A stretch of 64,000 nt of DNA from Parcubacteria group bacterium (GCA_003104935.1 PQAE01000012.1:4988-68987); one strand, 5' to 3'. Positions 9,190 through 19,033 are shown, numbered from the stretch's first letter. Made by a program: numbers and translations. Notes: generated by a model not told the origin, from the letters alone.

Positions 9190-10686
9190 ATGCCTTATTA
9201 TTTGAAAATAAAAAAATTAGATATCACCACCGGACAATCCAATATTGCCCTGTTGCACGAGGATGAAGCTATTCGCTATGGCATCCATGCTGGCGATAAG
9301 ATAGAAATCTGCTGGGGCGACAAAAAAATTATTGCCGAGGCCAATACTAGCGATAAAAAAGTCAAACCCGGACAAATCGCCCTATATAAAGATATTTGGC
9401 AACAGACTAGCATTGCCGACAACACTATAGTAGAGGTGGAAGTGTTGGAGCGGGCTAAATCTGTCCAAGCCATCAAGAAAAGGCTACTAGGCAAGAAATT
9501 GAAATACCAGGATTTTTTCCAAATTTTTTCCGATATTGCCAGCGGCGTACTGACACGCACTGAAACTACCTATTTTGTGGCCTCGGGATTCATGCATAGC
9601 TATACCAATCAAGAGCTTTATTATATGACCAAGGCTATGGCCGAATCCGGTGAAATGCTAAAGTTTCCCGGAATCATAGCCGACAAACACTCGGTGGGCG
9701 GCCTAGCCGGCAACCGCACTACGATGGTGGCAGTGCCCATTTTAGCTTCCCTTGGCCTTACTATTCCCAAAACATCGTCTCGCGCTATAACCTCTCCGGC
9801 CGGCACGGCCGACACTATGGAGGTCTTAGCTAAGGTCTCCTTTAGTGCTGACGAGATCCGACAGATAGTTAAAAAAATCGGCGCTTGTATGGTCTGGGGT
9901 GGAGGATTGAACCTGGCGCCGGCTGATGATAAAATTCTCAAGGTTTCTTATCCCCTTTCCCTGGAACCGTACAGCAAGATGCTAGTTTCCATCATGGCCA
10001 AAAAAGTCGCTACCGGCGTGACTCATCTGATCATCGATATGCCGGTAGGCCCGACGACAAAAATACCCAATATGAAGATTGCCCGTTCGCTGGAGGCAAA
10101 ATTTAAGTATTTGGCTCGACGATTTCATATTAAAATAAAAGTAGTGATGATCCGTACTGAGGATCCGGTCGGCCGCGGTGTAGGACCGGCCTTGGAAGCT
10201 CGCGATGTCTTGCGCGTTCTACAGCAAAGAGATAATTACCCGACGGATTTGGCTAATAAATCAATACATCTGGCAGGCGAACTTCTGGAGCTGACCGGCA
10301 AGGCTAGAAAAGGCCAGGGTGCACACGCGGCTTGGCAGGCGCTAGACAGCGGAGCCGCCTGGAAAAAAATGCAGGAAATCATCAAGGCCCAAGGCGGCAA
10401 TCCCAATGTGACACCCAGTGATATTGTCATCGCTGCACACAAAAAATATATTAATGCCCCACGTAGCGGCCGCATAATATTTACGGACAATAAAACCATC
10501 AACGTCATTGCCCGCATTTTAGGGGCCCCGGCAGACAAGCTGGCTGGCGTTTATTTGAACAAGGAGTATGATGACCGCGTCAAAAAAGACGAGCGCTTAT
10601 TTACCCTTTATGCACGCACTCCCGAACGCATTCGGCTAGCCACTAAGGCTCTGGAAAAAATGAGCATTTTCAAGATTGGTCACTAA
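9190..10686 (+). CDS. AMP phosphorylase (archaeal-type nucleoside phosphorylase, DeoA-like)
   Basis: About 500 aa with an N-terminal extra domain ahead of a thymidine-phosphorylase fold. The length and N-domain are typical of AMP phosphorylase rather than 440-aa thymidine phosphorylase. Confidence 0.65.
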   Translation: MPYYLKIKKLDITTGQSNIALLHEDEAIRYGIHAGDKIEICWGDKKIIAEANTSDKKVKPGQIALYKDIWQQTSIADNTIVEVEVLERAKSVQAIKKRLLGKKLKYQDFFQIFSDIASGVLTRTETTYFVASGFMHSYTNQELYYMTKAMAESGEMLKFPGIIADKHSVGGLAGNRTTMVAVPILASLGLTIPKTSSRAITSPAGTADTMEVLAKVSFSADEIRQIVKKIGACMVWGGGLNLAPADDKILKVSYPLSLEPYSKMLVSIMAKKVATGVTHLIIDMPVGPTTKIPNMKIARSLEAKFKYLARRFHIKIKVVMIRTEDPVGRGVGPALEARDVLRVLQQRDNYPTDLANKSIHLAGELLELTGKARKGQGAHAAWQALDSGAAWKKMQEIIKAQGGNPNVTPSDIVIAAHKKYINAPRSGRIIFTDNKTINVIARILGAPADKLAGVYLNKEYDDRVKKDERLFTLYARTPERIRLATKALEKMSIFKIGH

Positions 10687-11735
10687 TGAAAAAAGGAAAG
10701 CAAAAAATATTAGTAGCACTGTCCGGCGGCGTTGATTCCGCCGTGACTTTGTTTTTACTAAAAAAACAGGGCTATTTGGTCGAAGCGGCGTACATGAAAA
10801 ACTTTTCGGAAAGAATTAATATCAAGGGTAGCTGTCCCTGGCGCGAAGACCGAGAAGAAGCTTATCGCGTAGCTACCAAGCTCAATGTGCCGATGCATAC
10901 TTTTGATTTTCAAAAAGAATACCACGATAGAATCGTTGATTATATATTTGAGACCTACCGCCTTGGTCAAACTCCGAATCCCGACGTGCTTTGTAACAAT
11001 GAAATAAAATTTAAATTATTTCTGGAAAAGGCACATAAAATGGGTTTTGATAAAATCGCTACCGGACACTACGCTCAGGTAAAGCGGAATAAGAAGTATT
11101 ACCATCTAATACGCGGCAAGGACTCAACTAAAGACCAATCATATTTTTTGGCCGGCTTGGAGCAGTGGCAATTAGCCAGAGCTTTATTTCCGGTGGGTGG
11201 ATTGTTGAAGTCTGAGGTCAGAAAAATCGCCAGGCGGGCGCATTTGCCCAATGCCCAAAGGCCAGATTCACAGGGAATTTGTTTTATTGGCAAGATAAAG
11301 CTTGCGGACTTTCTGGCTCAGAAAATAAAGCCAAAAAAAGGCGATATAGTTGACATAAAAGGCCGTAAATTGGGCGAGCATAGGGGAGTCTGGTTTTATA
11401 CTATTGGTCAGCGCCACGGGCTGAATATTGGCGGTTCAGGACCATGGTATGTGGCCAAGAAAGATATTAGGAAGAATAGATTAGTTGTCGCAAAAATTAC
11501 TGACCCTGAGTTATATGTCAATGCTGTTAAAGTCAGTGGATGGCATTGGGTGGCAGAGAGTTATAAACTGCCGCTGAAAACATCGGCCCAAATCCGTTAT
11601 CGACAGGAACCACAAAAATGCGTCGTATATAAAAACAAAGTAGATTTTGTCGCTCCGCAAAAAGGAGTAGCCAGCGGGCAGACCATCGCACTCTACAAAA
11701 AAAATAAGCTAATTGCTAGCGCTAATGTATTTTAA
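10686..11735 (+). CDS. mnmA: tRNA-specific 2-thiouridylase MnmA
   Basis: PP-loop SGGVDS motif, 349 aa. Confidence 0.85.
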   Translation: MKKGKQKILVALSGGVDSAVTLFLLKKQGYLVEAAYMKNFSERINIKGSCPWREDREEAYRVATKLNVPMHTFDFQKEYHDRIVDYIFETYRLGQTPNPDVLCNNEIKFKLFLEKAHKMGFDKIATGHYAQVKRNKKYYHLIRGKDSTKDQSYFLAGLEQWQLARALFPVGGLLKSEVRKIARRAHLPNAQRPDSQGICFIGKIKLADFLAQKIKPKKGDIVDIKGRKLGEHRGVWFYTIGQRHGLNIGGSGPWYVAKKDIRKNRLVVAKITDPELYVNAVKVSGWHWVAESYKLPLKTSAQIRYRQEPQKCVVYKNKVDFVAPQKGVASGQTIALYKKNKLIASANVF

Positions 11736-11737
11736 AA

Positions 11738-11766
11738 CCTCCCCGGCCGTTGCCAGGGAGGTTTTA
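11738..11766. terminator. bidirectional intrinsic terminator (CCTCCC...GGGAGG followed by TTTT)
   Basis: Hairpin with U-tracts on both strands, placed between convergent mnmA and the small minus-strand ORF. Confidence 0.5.
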
Positions 11767-11780
11767 GTATTGGAGGCATT

Positions 11781-12059
11781 TCATTCGCCGACTTTCTCAA
11801 AATAGGCGCCGGGCACCCATTTATTTCTTCCGTCCAAACAAAAGAAATAGTAATTTTCGTGAATCCAGCTACAGTCGCACACGACATTGTTCGGCCTGCA
11901 AGCCGGGCCATGCTCCTTGATTCGCAAACTGCGGATCTCTACATTGGTCACGCGGTATGTTTTACCGCTTTCCAATCTATATTCGCGCAGTTGGAGCTCA
12001 GTCAATTGCAAGCCGCTGTCCTTGAGTCGGACTATCTGACCCAGGTGAAGCTCCCACAT
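11781..12059 (-). CDS. small GC-rich hypothetical protein (92 aa from an internal ATG with AGGAGG RBS; the ORF track begins at 12089)
   Basis: AGGAGG lies 6 nt upstream of the ATG at 12059. GC is about 50% against a background near 40%. Two Cys pairs are present. Confidence 0.45.
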   Translation of the reverse strand: MWELHLGQIVRLKDSGLQLTELQLREYRLESGKTYRVTNVEIRSLRIKEHGPACRPNNVVCDCSWIHENYYFFCLDGRNKWVPGAYFEKVGE

Positions 12060-12120
12060 GACATTCCTCCTAAAATGAACTCCGGTCACTTTCTATATAC
12101 TCCCTGACCGGATTTATGTC

Positions 12121-12155
12121 AAAAGAAAAAGCCCCGCGCGAACGAGGCTTTTCTT
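12121..12155. terminator. bidirectional intrinsic terminator (GCCCCGCGCGAACGAGGC hairpin)
   Basis: 6-bp GC stem flanked by A/T runs on both strands. On the minus strand it terminates the structured leader just upstream of the small ORF. Confidence 0.55.
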
Positions 12156-12160
12156 ATGAA

Positions 12161-12397
12161 AGAGTGCTCGGGATGACTTTGAACCTCCACCAGCAGGTCA
12201 GTGTTTCTGGGACGACTCCACCTCGGCTGGCGCCGATGGCTTCATAGTCTCCTGACTACATGCAGTGTAGACACCACTCGCGGTTCAAAAACCGCTCAAC
12301 ACATATTCGGCTTCAGTCCGCCGTCCAGCCACGGGGATTCGAACCCCAAAGCCCAATTGCAGGCTGTTTACCCGAGCACTACTCGTAAAGTACATTT
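12161..12397 (-). ncRNA. unclassified structured RNA or cis-regulatory leader (about 240 nt) with a 5'/3' closing helix and a tRNA T-arm-like hairpin
   Basis: GC-rich and ORF-free. GUGCUCGGG at the 5' end pairs with CCCGAGCAC at the 3' end. Internal hairpins are GGGGUUCGAAUCCCC, GCGGUU-UUUG-AACCGC and AGCC...GGCU. A promoter lies upstream and a terminator downstream. Confidence 0.45.
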
Positions 12398-12404
12398 CGC
12401 ATAA

Positions 12405-12432
12405 ATATATCTCCAGTTACTGATTTTGTCAA
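12405..12432 (-). promoter_or_regulatory. sigma70-type promoter (TTGACA, 17-nt spacer, TATATT) driving the minus-strand structured RNA
   Basis: Read on the minus strand: TTGACA aaatcagtaactggaga TATATT. Confidence 0.5.
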
Positions 12433-12694
12433 TATCAGCGCATATTGATTAATTAAGATAAATATATCACACATAAATGCATATTCTATTTACACCTATA
12501 CGGGCCGCCATGGATTTCCCCAAATAAGTCAGTATCGCTCCTTCTTTGATACGTCGCTGAGTGATCGGATTATTCCCAGGCGGTACTCTTTTAAATTTTA
12601 TTGGACATAGTAAACCTTGACTTTTAAGGCCATTTTACCTATAATTCATATTAATTAACCATTATTTTACGATGGTTTTTTATACCAAAAGCGC

Positions 12695-14440
12695 ATGATG
12701 AAAGCCCAGGAATTAAAGGACAAATATTTAGATTTTTTTGCCTCAAAAAATCATAAAATAATAAGCTCGGCCTCTTTGATACCGGAAAATGACCCTACGG
12801 TTTTATTTACGACCGCCGGTATGCACCCTTTGGTGCCATATTTAATGGGAGAAAAACATCCCGAAGGAAAGCGACTGGCAAATATACAAAAATGCCTGCG
12901 CACTGGTGATATAGACGAGGTGGGGGATGCCATTCACCATACTTTTTTTGAAATGCTTGGTAATTGGTCATTAGGCGATTATTTTAAAAGCGAAACAATA
13001 TCATATTCATGGGAATTGTTAACCAAAATTTATGGGCTTGATAAAAAAAACCTGGCGATTTCTATTTTTGGCGGCAATCAGGCCGTACCCGAATATGACA
13101 AAGAATCGGAGAAATACTGGCTGGATTTGCATATAACTCCCGAGAGAATTTCTAAAGTTACTGACAATTGGTGGGGTCCAGCCGGACAAATCGGTCCCTG
13201 CGGTCCGGACACCGAGATTTTTTATTGGACCGGATCGGGCATTGCTCCGAAAAAATTTGATGAAAGTGACAAAAGCTGGGTGGAGATCTGGAACAATGTT
13301 TTGATGGAATTTAACAAAACTGCAGACGGAATATTTATCCCGTTGAAACAGAAAAATGTGGACACCGGAATGGGTTTGGAAAGAACATTGGCGGTGATCA
13401 ATGGCTTTGACGATAATTATCTGACTGAGCTTTTTCAGCCGATAATTGAAAGGATTGCAGACTTGTCCGGTAAAAAATATTCTAACAACAAAAAAGCCTT
13501 CCGCATTATCGCCGACCATATCCGCAGTGCAGTATTTGTCCTGGGCGACCCTATGGGTATTGCCCCCTCCAATACCGGTCAGGGCTATGTTCTGCGTCGG
13601 CTGATCAGGCGGGCAATTAGATTCGGGAAAGCCCTGGGCCTTGAACACAATTTTTGTACAGCGCTCGCACAGGTCATTATTAATGATCAGTACTATAATC
13701 ACAGCTATCCCGAGATTAAGCGAAATGAAGATTTCATACTGACCGAGTTAGAAAAAGAGGAAATAAAATTTAGACAGACCCTGAAAAAAGGATTAAGGGA
13801 ATTTCAAAAAAAGAAGAGTATTAACGGCGCCGAAGCTTTTCAGTTATTTTCTACCTACGGATTTCCTTTGGAACTAACCGAGGAGCTAGCTAGGGAAAAT
13901 AATTTCCAGATAAATAAAAATGATTTTGCTGCGGAGTTTAAAAAACACCAAGAGCTTTCCCGCACCGCCTCCGCCGGATTATTTAAGGGTGGTTTAGCCG
14001 ACGATTCGGTCATGAGCAAGCGCCATCATACGGCTACCCATCTATTATTACAGGCTTTGCGAATCGTCTTGGGATCGCACGTGGAACAACGCGGAGCCAA
14101 TATCAATACTGAGAGAATACGTTTTGATTTTACCCATTCGGAAAAAATGACTGCCGCACAACTCAAAAAAGTGGAAGATTTGATTAATGAACAGATAGAA
14201 AAAAGACTACCGGTTGGTTTTAAGGAAATGAGCGTTGAGGACGCAAAGCAACGCGGCGCTATGGGCATTTTTACTCAAAAATATGGGGAAAAGGTAAAAG
14301 TGTACACGGTGGGCGATTTCAGCCAAGAAATTTGCGGCGGTCCGCATGTGGATAATACCAAAGAGCTGGGACATTTTAAAATATTGAAAGAAGAATCTAG
14401 CTCGGCCGGTATTAGAAGAATAAAGGCAAAACTAGAATAA
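12695..14440 (+). CDS. alaS: alanine--tRNA ligase (catalytic plus editing domains, no C-Ala domain)
   Basis: N-terminal class II AlaRS motifs (FTTAGMHP, HHTFFEMLGNWSLGDYFK). The editing domain carries HxxxH and CGGPHV. 581 aa. Confidence 0.85.
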   Translation: MMKAQELKDKYLDFFASKNHKIISSASLIPENDPTVLFTTAGMHPLVPYLMGEKHPEGKRLANIQKCLRTGDIDEVGDAIHHTFFEMLGNWSLGDYFKSETISYSWELLTKIYGLDKKNLAISIFGGNQAVPEYDKESEKYWLDLHITPERISKVTDNWWGPAGQIGPCGPDTEIFYWTGSGIAPKKFDESDKSWVEIWNNVLMEFNKTADGIFIPLKQKNVDTGMGLERTLAVINGFDDNYLTELFQPIIERIADLSGKKYSNNKKAFRIIADHIRSAVFVLGDPMGIAPSNTGQGYVLRRLIRRAIRFGKALGLEHNFCTALAQVIINDQYYNHSYPEIKRNEDFILTELEKEEIKFRQTLKKGLREFQKKKSINGAEAFQLFSTYGFPLELTEELARENNFQINKNDFAAEFKKHQELSRTASAGLFKGGLADDSVMSKRHHTATHLLLQALRIVLGSHVEQRGANINTERIRFDFTHSEKMTAAQLKKVEDLINEQIEKRLPVGFKEMSVEDAKQRGAMGIFTQKYGEKVKVYTVGDFSQEICGGPHVDNTKELGHFKILKEESSSAGIRRIKAKLE

Positions 14441-14523
14441 ATTTAATTTCTTCGAGCGAACCCGATCAAAGCGAGGGAGAGTCGAGAAGTATTAGTTCTC
14501 GACAAGCTCGAACAAAAAAAAAT

Positions 14524-14892
14524 ATGGACATAAAAATTTACAACCGGAATTTTGACCTGACCCAGCCGCTACGCGACTATCTGCACGAGAAATTCGGTGC
14601 GCTGGAAAAATACAATATGAATATTTTGGGCTTTCATGTGGAGATGAACCGCGATAACCATCACCAAAAAGGCGAGGTTTATAACATCGAAGTGCATCTG
14701 CATTTGCCGGACAAACAGACCATCACTATGAAGGAAATTCAGGATGATGCCTATGCGGCCATTGACTTGCTACAGACCAAGATTGCCCGCGCCATGGTCA
14801 AGCTCAAGGCTAAAAATACAAGCAAATTTCGCCGCGCGGCCGGCAAGCTACGGGCCTTAAAATTTTGGAGTAAGAGCAATAAAGAGTATTAA
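14524..14892 (+). CDS. hpf: ribosome hibernation promoting factor / RaiA family protein
   Basis: MDIKIYNRNFDLTQPLRDYLHEKF is the typical start of the sigma-54 modulation protein family. Confidence 0.8.
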   Translation: MDIKIYNRNFDLTQPLRDYLHEKFGALEKYNMNILGFHVEMNRDNHHQKGEVYNIEVHLHLPDKQTITMKEIQDDAYAAIDLLQTKIARAMVKLKAKNTSKFRRAAGKLRALKFWSKSNKEY

Positions 14893-14983
14893 TCCTTAAT
14901 CACTGAAACGGCTGAGTCGCGTTAGAAATTTGAATCTTAATGTGGCCCACATAATTGAGAGTTATTATTAAATTTTTAACCGG

Positions 14984-17746
14984 ATGAGTTTCTTAGACAA
15001 ATTATTTGGTGACGCCAATAAAAAATATCTCGATAGCCTCAAACCACAAATTGAGGCTATTAATGCTTTAGAAAAGAAATTTGAATCTCTAACTGACGCC
15101 CAGATTAAAGAACGTAGCTTTGATTTAAAAAAACAAGTCGGCGAAGGAAAAAATCTGGATGAAGTATTAGTGCCGGCTTTTGCCTTGGTACGCGAAGCCG
15201 CCAAGCGAACTCTGAGACAGCGCCACTTTGATGTGCAACTCCTAGGAGGCATGGTTTTGCATCGGGGTCAAGTCGCAGAAATGAAAACCGGTGAGGGAAA
15301 GACCTTAACCTCCACCTTACCCATTTATCTTAATGCTTTAGAGAGCAGAGGCGTTCACGTGGTTACTGTCAACGACTATCTGGCCAAACGCGATGCCGTC
15401 TGGATGGGACAGATTTATGGTTTACTAGGTTTGACCGTGGGCACTATCCAGCACGAAGCCTCTTTTTTATACGACAGTGTTAAAGCCGACGCGGAAAAGG
15501 AAAAACTGCGTGACCAGGGCGTATCAGTGGTGATGGACTACTTGACCCCGGTTTCACGCCAGGATGCCTACAAAGCAGACATCACCTACGGCACCAATAA
15601 TGAATTTGGTTTTGATTATCTGCGTGATAACATGGCCCAAGATGTCAGCCAGCAGGTGCAACGCGGCCTGCATTATGCCATTGTGGACGAAGTCGATAGT
15701 ATTTTGATTGACGAAGCTAGAACACCGCTGATTATCTCTGCACCGGCTGACGAATCAACCGACAAATATCGACAATTTTCCATTCTAGTAAATCAGCTGG
15801 AGGAAAACGCCGACTATAACATCGATGAAAAGATGCGCGCCGCCACATTGACGGAAGAGGGTATTAAAAAAATGGAAAAGGCCCTAGGTGTGGATAATAT
15901 TTATGAGAGCCAGGGCATGGACACGGTACATCATCTGGAGCAGGCTCTGCGCGCCAAAACGCTTTATCAACTGGATCGTGATTACGTTGTAAAAGACAAC
16001 GAAGTCGTCATCATCGATGAATTCACCGGACGGATGATGCAAGGCCGTCGCTATAGCGAAGGTCTGCACCAGGCTATAGAGGCCAAAGAAGGTGTGGAGG
16101 TCCAGAGAGAGAGTCAGACTCTAGCCACCGTCACCTTTCAAAATTATTTCCGGATGTACGACAAGTTGTCCGGTATGACCGGTACTGCCGCCACCGAGGC
16201 CGAGGAAATGGCTAAAATATACAATTTGGATGTTACGGTCGTGCCTACTAACCGCCCTTTTATCCGTCTGGATCTCAAAGACCGTATTTATCGCTCTGAG
16301 CGAGGAAAATTTAAGGCCTTGATCAGAGAAATCCAGGCCTGTCACGAAAAAGGCCAACCTGTCTTGGTCGGCACCATTTCTATTGAAAAGAACGAGCTCT
16401 TAAGCAGGATGCTGGAAAAAGCCGGTATTCCCCATAGTCTGCTAAATGCCAAACAGCACGAAAAAGAGGCGCAAATCATCGCCCAAGCCGGTCAAAAAGG
16501 CGCGGTCACTGTAGCCACTAATATGGCCGGGCGTGGCGTGGATATCATATTGGGTGGTTCACCCTTTGAGCAGGCCAAATATGAGGAAATAAAGGCCTTA
16601 GGAGGTCTTTTAGTCATGGGTAGCGAGCGCCACGAGTCCCGCCGTATTGATAACCAATTGCGCGGCCGTTCCGGCCGTCAGGGTGATCCCGGAGCCAGCC
16701 AGTTTTATATTTCCATGGAAGATGATCTGATGCGCATCTTCGGATCGGAGCGGATGAAGGGACTGATGGAAAAGCTGGGTATTGCTGAGGACACGGCTAT
16801 AGAAAATAAGCTGATTTCCAATTCAATAGAATCCGCCCAGAAAAAAGTAGAGGGTCATAATTTTGATATTCGCAAACACTTGGTGGAATATGACGACGTT
16901 ATAAATAAGCACCGCCAGGTGATTTACAAAACTCGCCAGAGAATACTGAAATTTTTTGCCGGCCAGGATACGGAAATCGGGGAAAACATAAAAACCTCCG
17001 CCGACCTGGTATTGGATTACGTTAACCAGGAAATAAACAGCGTTGTTTCTTTTCACACCTTAACCGACAAAAACCACGGCGACTTTAACCCCCGCGAAAT
17101 ACTGGAAACTATTAAAACCATCTTTTCATTGTCCGCCTCGGAAGAAGGAAAATTAACCGAGCTGATAAAAACCAATCAAAAGCAAAATACGCACGGCGAG
17201 AGAACCGGCGTCATAGATTATCTGGAGAAAATAGCACGCGAAAAATACGAACAACTGACAAAAGATATCAATGCCAGCGTGGAATTGACGGACAAGACCT
17301 GGGCGCCGATGCAACTGATAGAGCGTGGTATAGTTTTGCGCAGTATGGATTCCCTCTGGGTAGAGCATCTGACCGCCATGGACAAGCTACGCACCGGCAT
17401 CGGCCTACAGGGTTATGGGCAACGGGATCCGCTGGTAGAATACAAACGTGAGTCTTTCGCGCTATTTAATAATCTTCTGGAGTCTATCCGCAAGCAGATA
17501 GTTTATTCCATATATAAGATCCGTCTAGCGCAAAAAATGACTGCCCCCACAGCAAAGGAACCAGCCAAAAAACTGGCTGAGCAAAAAGCCGGCTACAATC
17601 CTTTTAAAAAAGAAGTGGAAAACAGAGAAGGTCAGGATCAATTAGTTTCCAGTAAGCCTAAAGACGAAGAGGGACATAAGATAGGACGCAATGATTTGTG
17701 TTATTGTGGCAGTGGGAAAAAGTATAAAAAATGCCATGGAGCATAG
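14984..17746 (+). CDS. secA: preprotein translocase ATPase SecA
   Basis: DEAD-like motor motifs and a C-terminal zinc-binding CYCGSGKKYKKCHG. 920 aa. Confidence 0.9.
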   Translation: MSFLDKLFGDANKKYLDSLKPQIEAINALEKKFESLTDAQIKERSFDLKKQVGEGKNLDEVLVPAFALVREAAKRTLRQRHFDVQLLGGMVLHRGQVAEMKTGEGKTLTSTLPIYLNALESRGVHVVTVNDYLAKRDAVWMGQIYGLLGLTVGTIQHEASFLYDSVKADAEKEKLRDQGVSVVMDYLTPVSRQDAYKADITYGTNNEFGFDYLRDNMAQDVSQQVQRGLHYAIVDEVDSILIDEARTPLIISAPADESTDKYRQFSILVNQLEENADYNIDEKMRAATLTEEGIKKMEKALGVDNIYESQGMDTVHHLEQALRAKTLYQLDRDYVVKDNEVVIIDEFTGRMMQGRRYSEGLHQAIEAKEGVEVQRESQTLATVTFQNYFRMYDKLSGMTGTAATEAEEMAKIYNLDVTVVPTNRPFIRLDLKDRIYRSERGKFKALIREIQACHEKGQPVLVGTISIEKNELLSRMLEKAGIPHSLLNAKQHEKEAQIIAQAGQKGAVTVATNMAGRGVDIILGGSPFEQAKYEEIKALGGLLVMGSERHESRRIDNQLRGRSGRQGDPGASQFYISMEDDLMRIFGSERMKGLMEKLGIAEDTAIENKLISNSIESAQKKVEGHNFDIRKHLVEYDDVINKHRQVIYKTRQRILKFFAGQDTEIGENIKTSADLVLDYVNQEINSVVSFHTLTDKNHGDFNPREILETIKTIFSLSASEEGKLTELIKTNQKQNTHGERTGVIDYLEKIAREKYEQLTKDINASVELTDKTWAPMQLIERGIVLRSMDSLWVEHLTAMDKLRTGIGLQGYGQRDPLVEYKRESFALFNNLLESIRKQIVYSIYKIRLAQKMTAPTAKEPAKKLAEQKAGYNPFKKEVENREGQDQLVSSKPKDEEGHKIGRNDLCYCGSGKKYKKCHGA

Positions 17747-18084
17747 GAATTAAAAATATGAGCCAATCCAATAACGTAAAAATTGTAGTATTCGTGCCAG
17801 AATCGCACACAGATATAGTCCGCGAAGCAATAGGCAAAGCCGGTGCAGGAAAAATTGGGAACTATACCCACTGTAGTTTTTCATCAAAAGGCATCGGACG
17901 ATTCGAACCAGAACACGGTGCTCATCCAGCGATTGGAGAGGTTGGTAGATTGGAGTCGGTTTATGAGGAACGGATAGAGTTTGTATGCGATCGTAATCTT
18001 ATAAAAGATGTACTTACAGCCATTAAAAAAGTGCATCCTTATGAAGAAGTCGCATTAGACATATATCCGTTGGAAGAATTTTAA
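17731..18084 (+). CDS. CutA1 / PII-like divalent-cation tolerance family protein
   Basis: A C-terminal HPYEE motif and the size match CutA. The start probably lies at an internal ATG, and the ORF overlaps the secA end. Confidence 0.5.
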   Translation: MPWSIGIKNMSQSNNVKIVVFVPESHTDIVREAIGKAGAGKIGNYTHCSFSSKGIGRFEPEHGAHPAIGEVGRLESVYEERIEFVCDRNLIKDVLTAIKKVHPYEEVALDIYPLEEF

Positions 18085-18119
18085 TTCATGCGGGACGCCA
18101 TTAAAAATCAAAAAATGTC

Positions 18120-18560
18120 ATGGAGGGTAAAAAAGTAGAACCGAAGTTAAAAGCCATGTGTCTACTTCTGGATGATCAGAGCCGACTTTTAGCCAGCCAA
18201 GGCTATGATCATATAAAAAAGCAGCGCTTTTATAGAATTTTAGGTGGGCATTTAAACCCCGGCGAGGATCCAGCTGACGGTGTGCGCCGAGAAATCCGTG
18301 AGGAAGTAAATTCTGAAATTGATAATTTAGAATTTTTAGAAGTAATCGATAACCAATTCATATACCAAGGCCGGCCCGGTCACGAAATAGTTCATTTATA
18401 TAAGGGTAAATTATCTCGCCGAGAAATAGAAGATATTCCTCAATTCACGTTCGTTGACGGGCCAGAAGTAATTACCGCACAGTGGATAAAGATTGATGAT
18501 ATTATTCATAAAAAAATTATTGTTTATCCCCACTTTGATGTAAAAAAATACCGTGTATGA
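18120..18560 (+). CDS. NUDIX hydrolase
   Basis: Nudix box GGHLNPGEDPADGVRREIREEVN. Confidence 0.7.
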   Translation: MEGKKVEPKLKAMCLLLDDQSRLLASQGYDHIKKQRFYRILGGHLNPGEDPADGVRREIREEVNSEIDNLEFLEVIDNQFIYQGRPGHEIVHLYKGKLSRREIEDIPQFTFVDGPEVITAQWIKIDDIIHKKIIVYPHFDVKKYRV

Positions 18561-18570
18561 AAAATAGCAA

Positions 18571-19029
18571 ATGGCCAATAAACAAAAAGTAAAAAAAACG
18601 ATCTCTGTTGCCGTGAGCGGCGGATTTGATCCCTTGCATATCGGACATGTGCGTATGTTTAGAGCCGCTAAAAAATTGGGTGATAATCTAACAGTGATAT
18701 TAAATAACGATAATTGGCTAAAGGTAAAAAAAGGCTTTGCTTTTATGCCGGAAAAAGAGCGCGCTGAGATTATCAGAAATATAAAATGGGTTGATCAGGT
18801 GGTGATCACAACTCATAAGCCAAATACGAAAGATATGAGTATCTGCAAAGAACTCACGAGGATAAAACCAAATATCTTTGCTAACGGTGGGGATAGAAAG
18901 CTGGGCAATATTCCGGAGGTCCCGGTATGCCGTCGCCACCATATTAAAATGGTCTTTAATATCGGCCATGGTGGGAAGATTCAATCCAGTTCCTGGCTGT
19001 TGATGGAGTATAAAAATAAAGTTAAATGA
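18571..19029 (+). CDS. cytidylyltransferase-like nucleotidyltransferase (TagD / RfaE-II / RibL-like)
   Basis: GGFDPLHIGH (HxGH) motif, about 150 aa. Confidence 0.65.
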   Translation: MANKQKVKKTISVAVSGGFDPLHIGHVRMFRAAKKLGDNLTVILNNDNWLKVKKGFAFMPEKERAEIIRNIKWVDQVVITTHKPNTKDMSICKELTRIKPNIFANGGDRKLGNIPEVPVCRRHHIKMVFNIGHGGKIQSSSWLLMEYKNKVK

Positions 19030-19033
19030 TAAG

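Noticed and set aside
11859-12107. Plus-strand 82-aa ORF overlapping the small minus-strand gene
   Set aside because: Low-complexity Ala/Leu/Gln-rich translation with no RBS. The minus-strand ORF has AGGAGG and a protein-like composition.
12318-12400. A canonical tRNA gene on the minus strand, based on the perfect GGGGUUCGAAUCCCC T-arm
   Set aside because: No acceptor 5' strand complementary to the bases after the T-stem. No 7-nt anticodon loop and no D-arm within the preceding 60 nt. The hairpin instead sits about 60 nt into a longer promoter-to-terminator RNA.
12130-12400. Permuted (two-piece) tmRNA interpretation of the T-arm-containing RNA
   Set aside because: An acceptor-like pairing (UGGCUGG with CCAGCCG) exists. 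However there is no GGGG 5' strand, no G3-U70 pair and no plausible tag reading frame.
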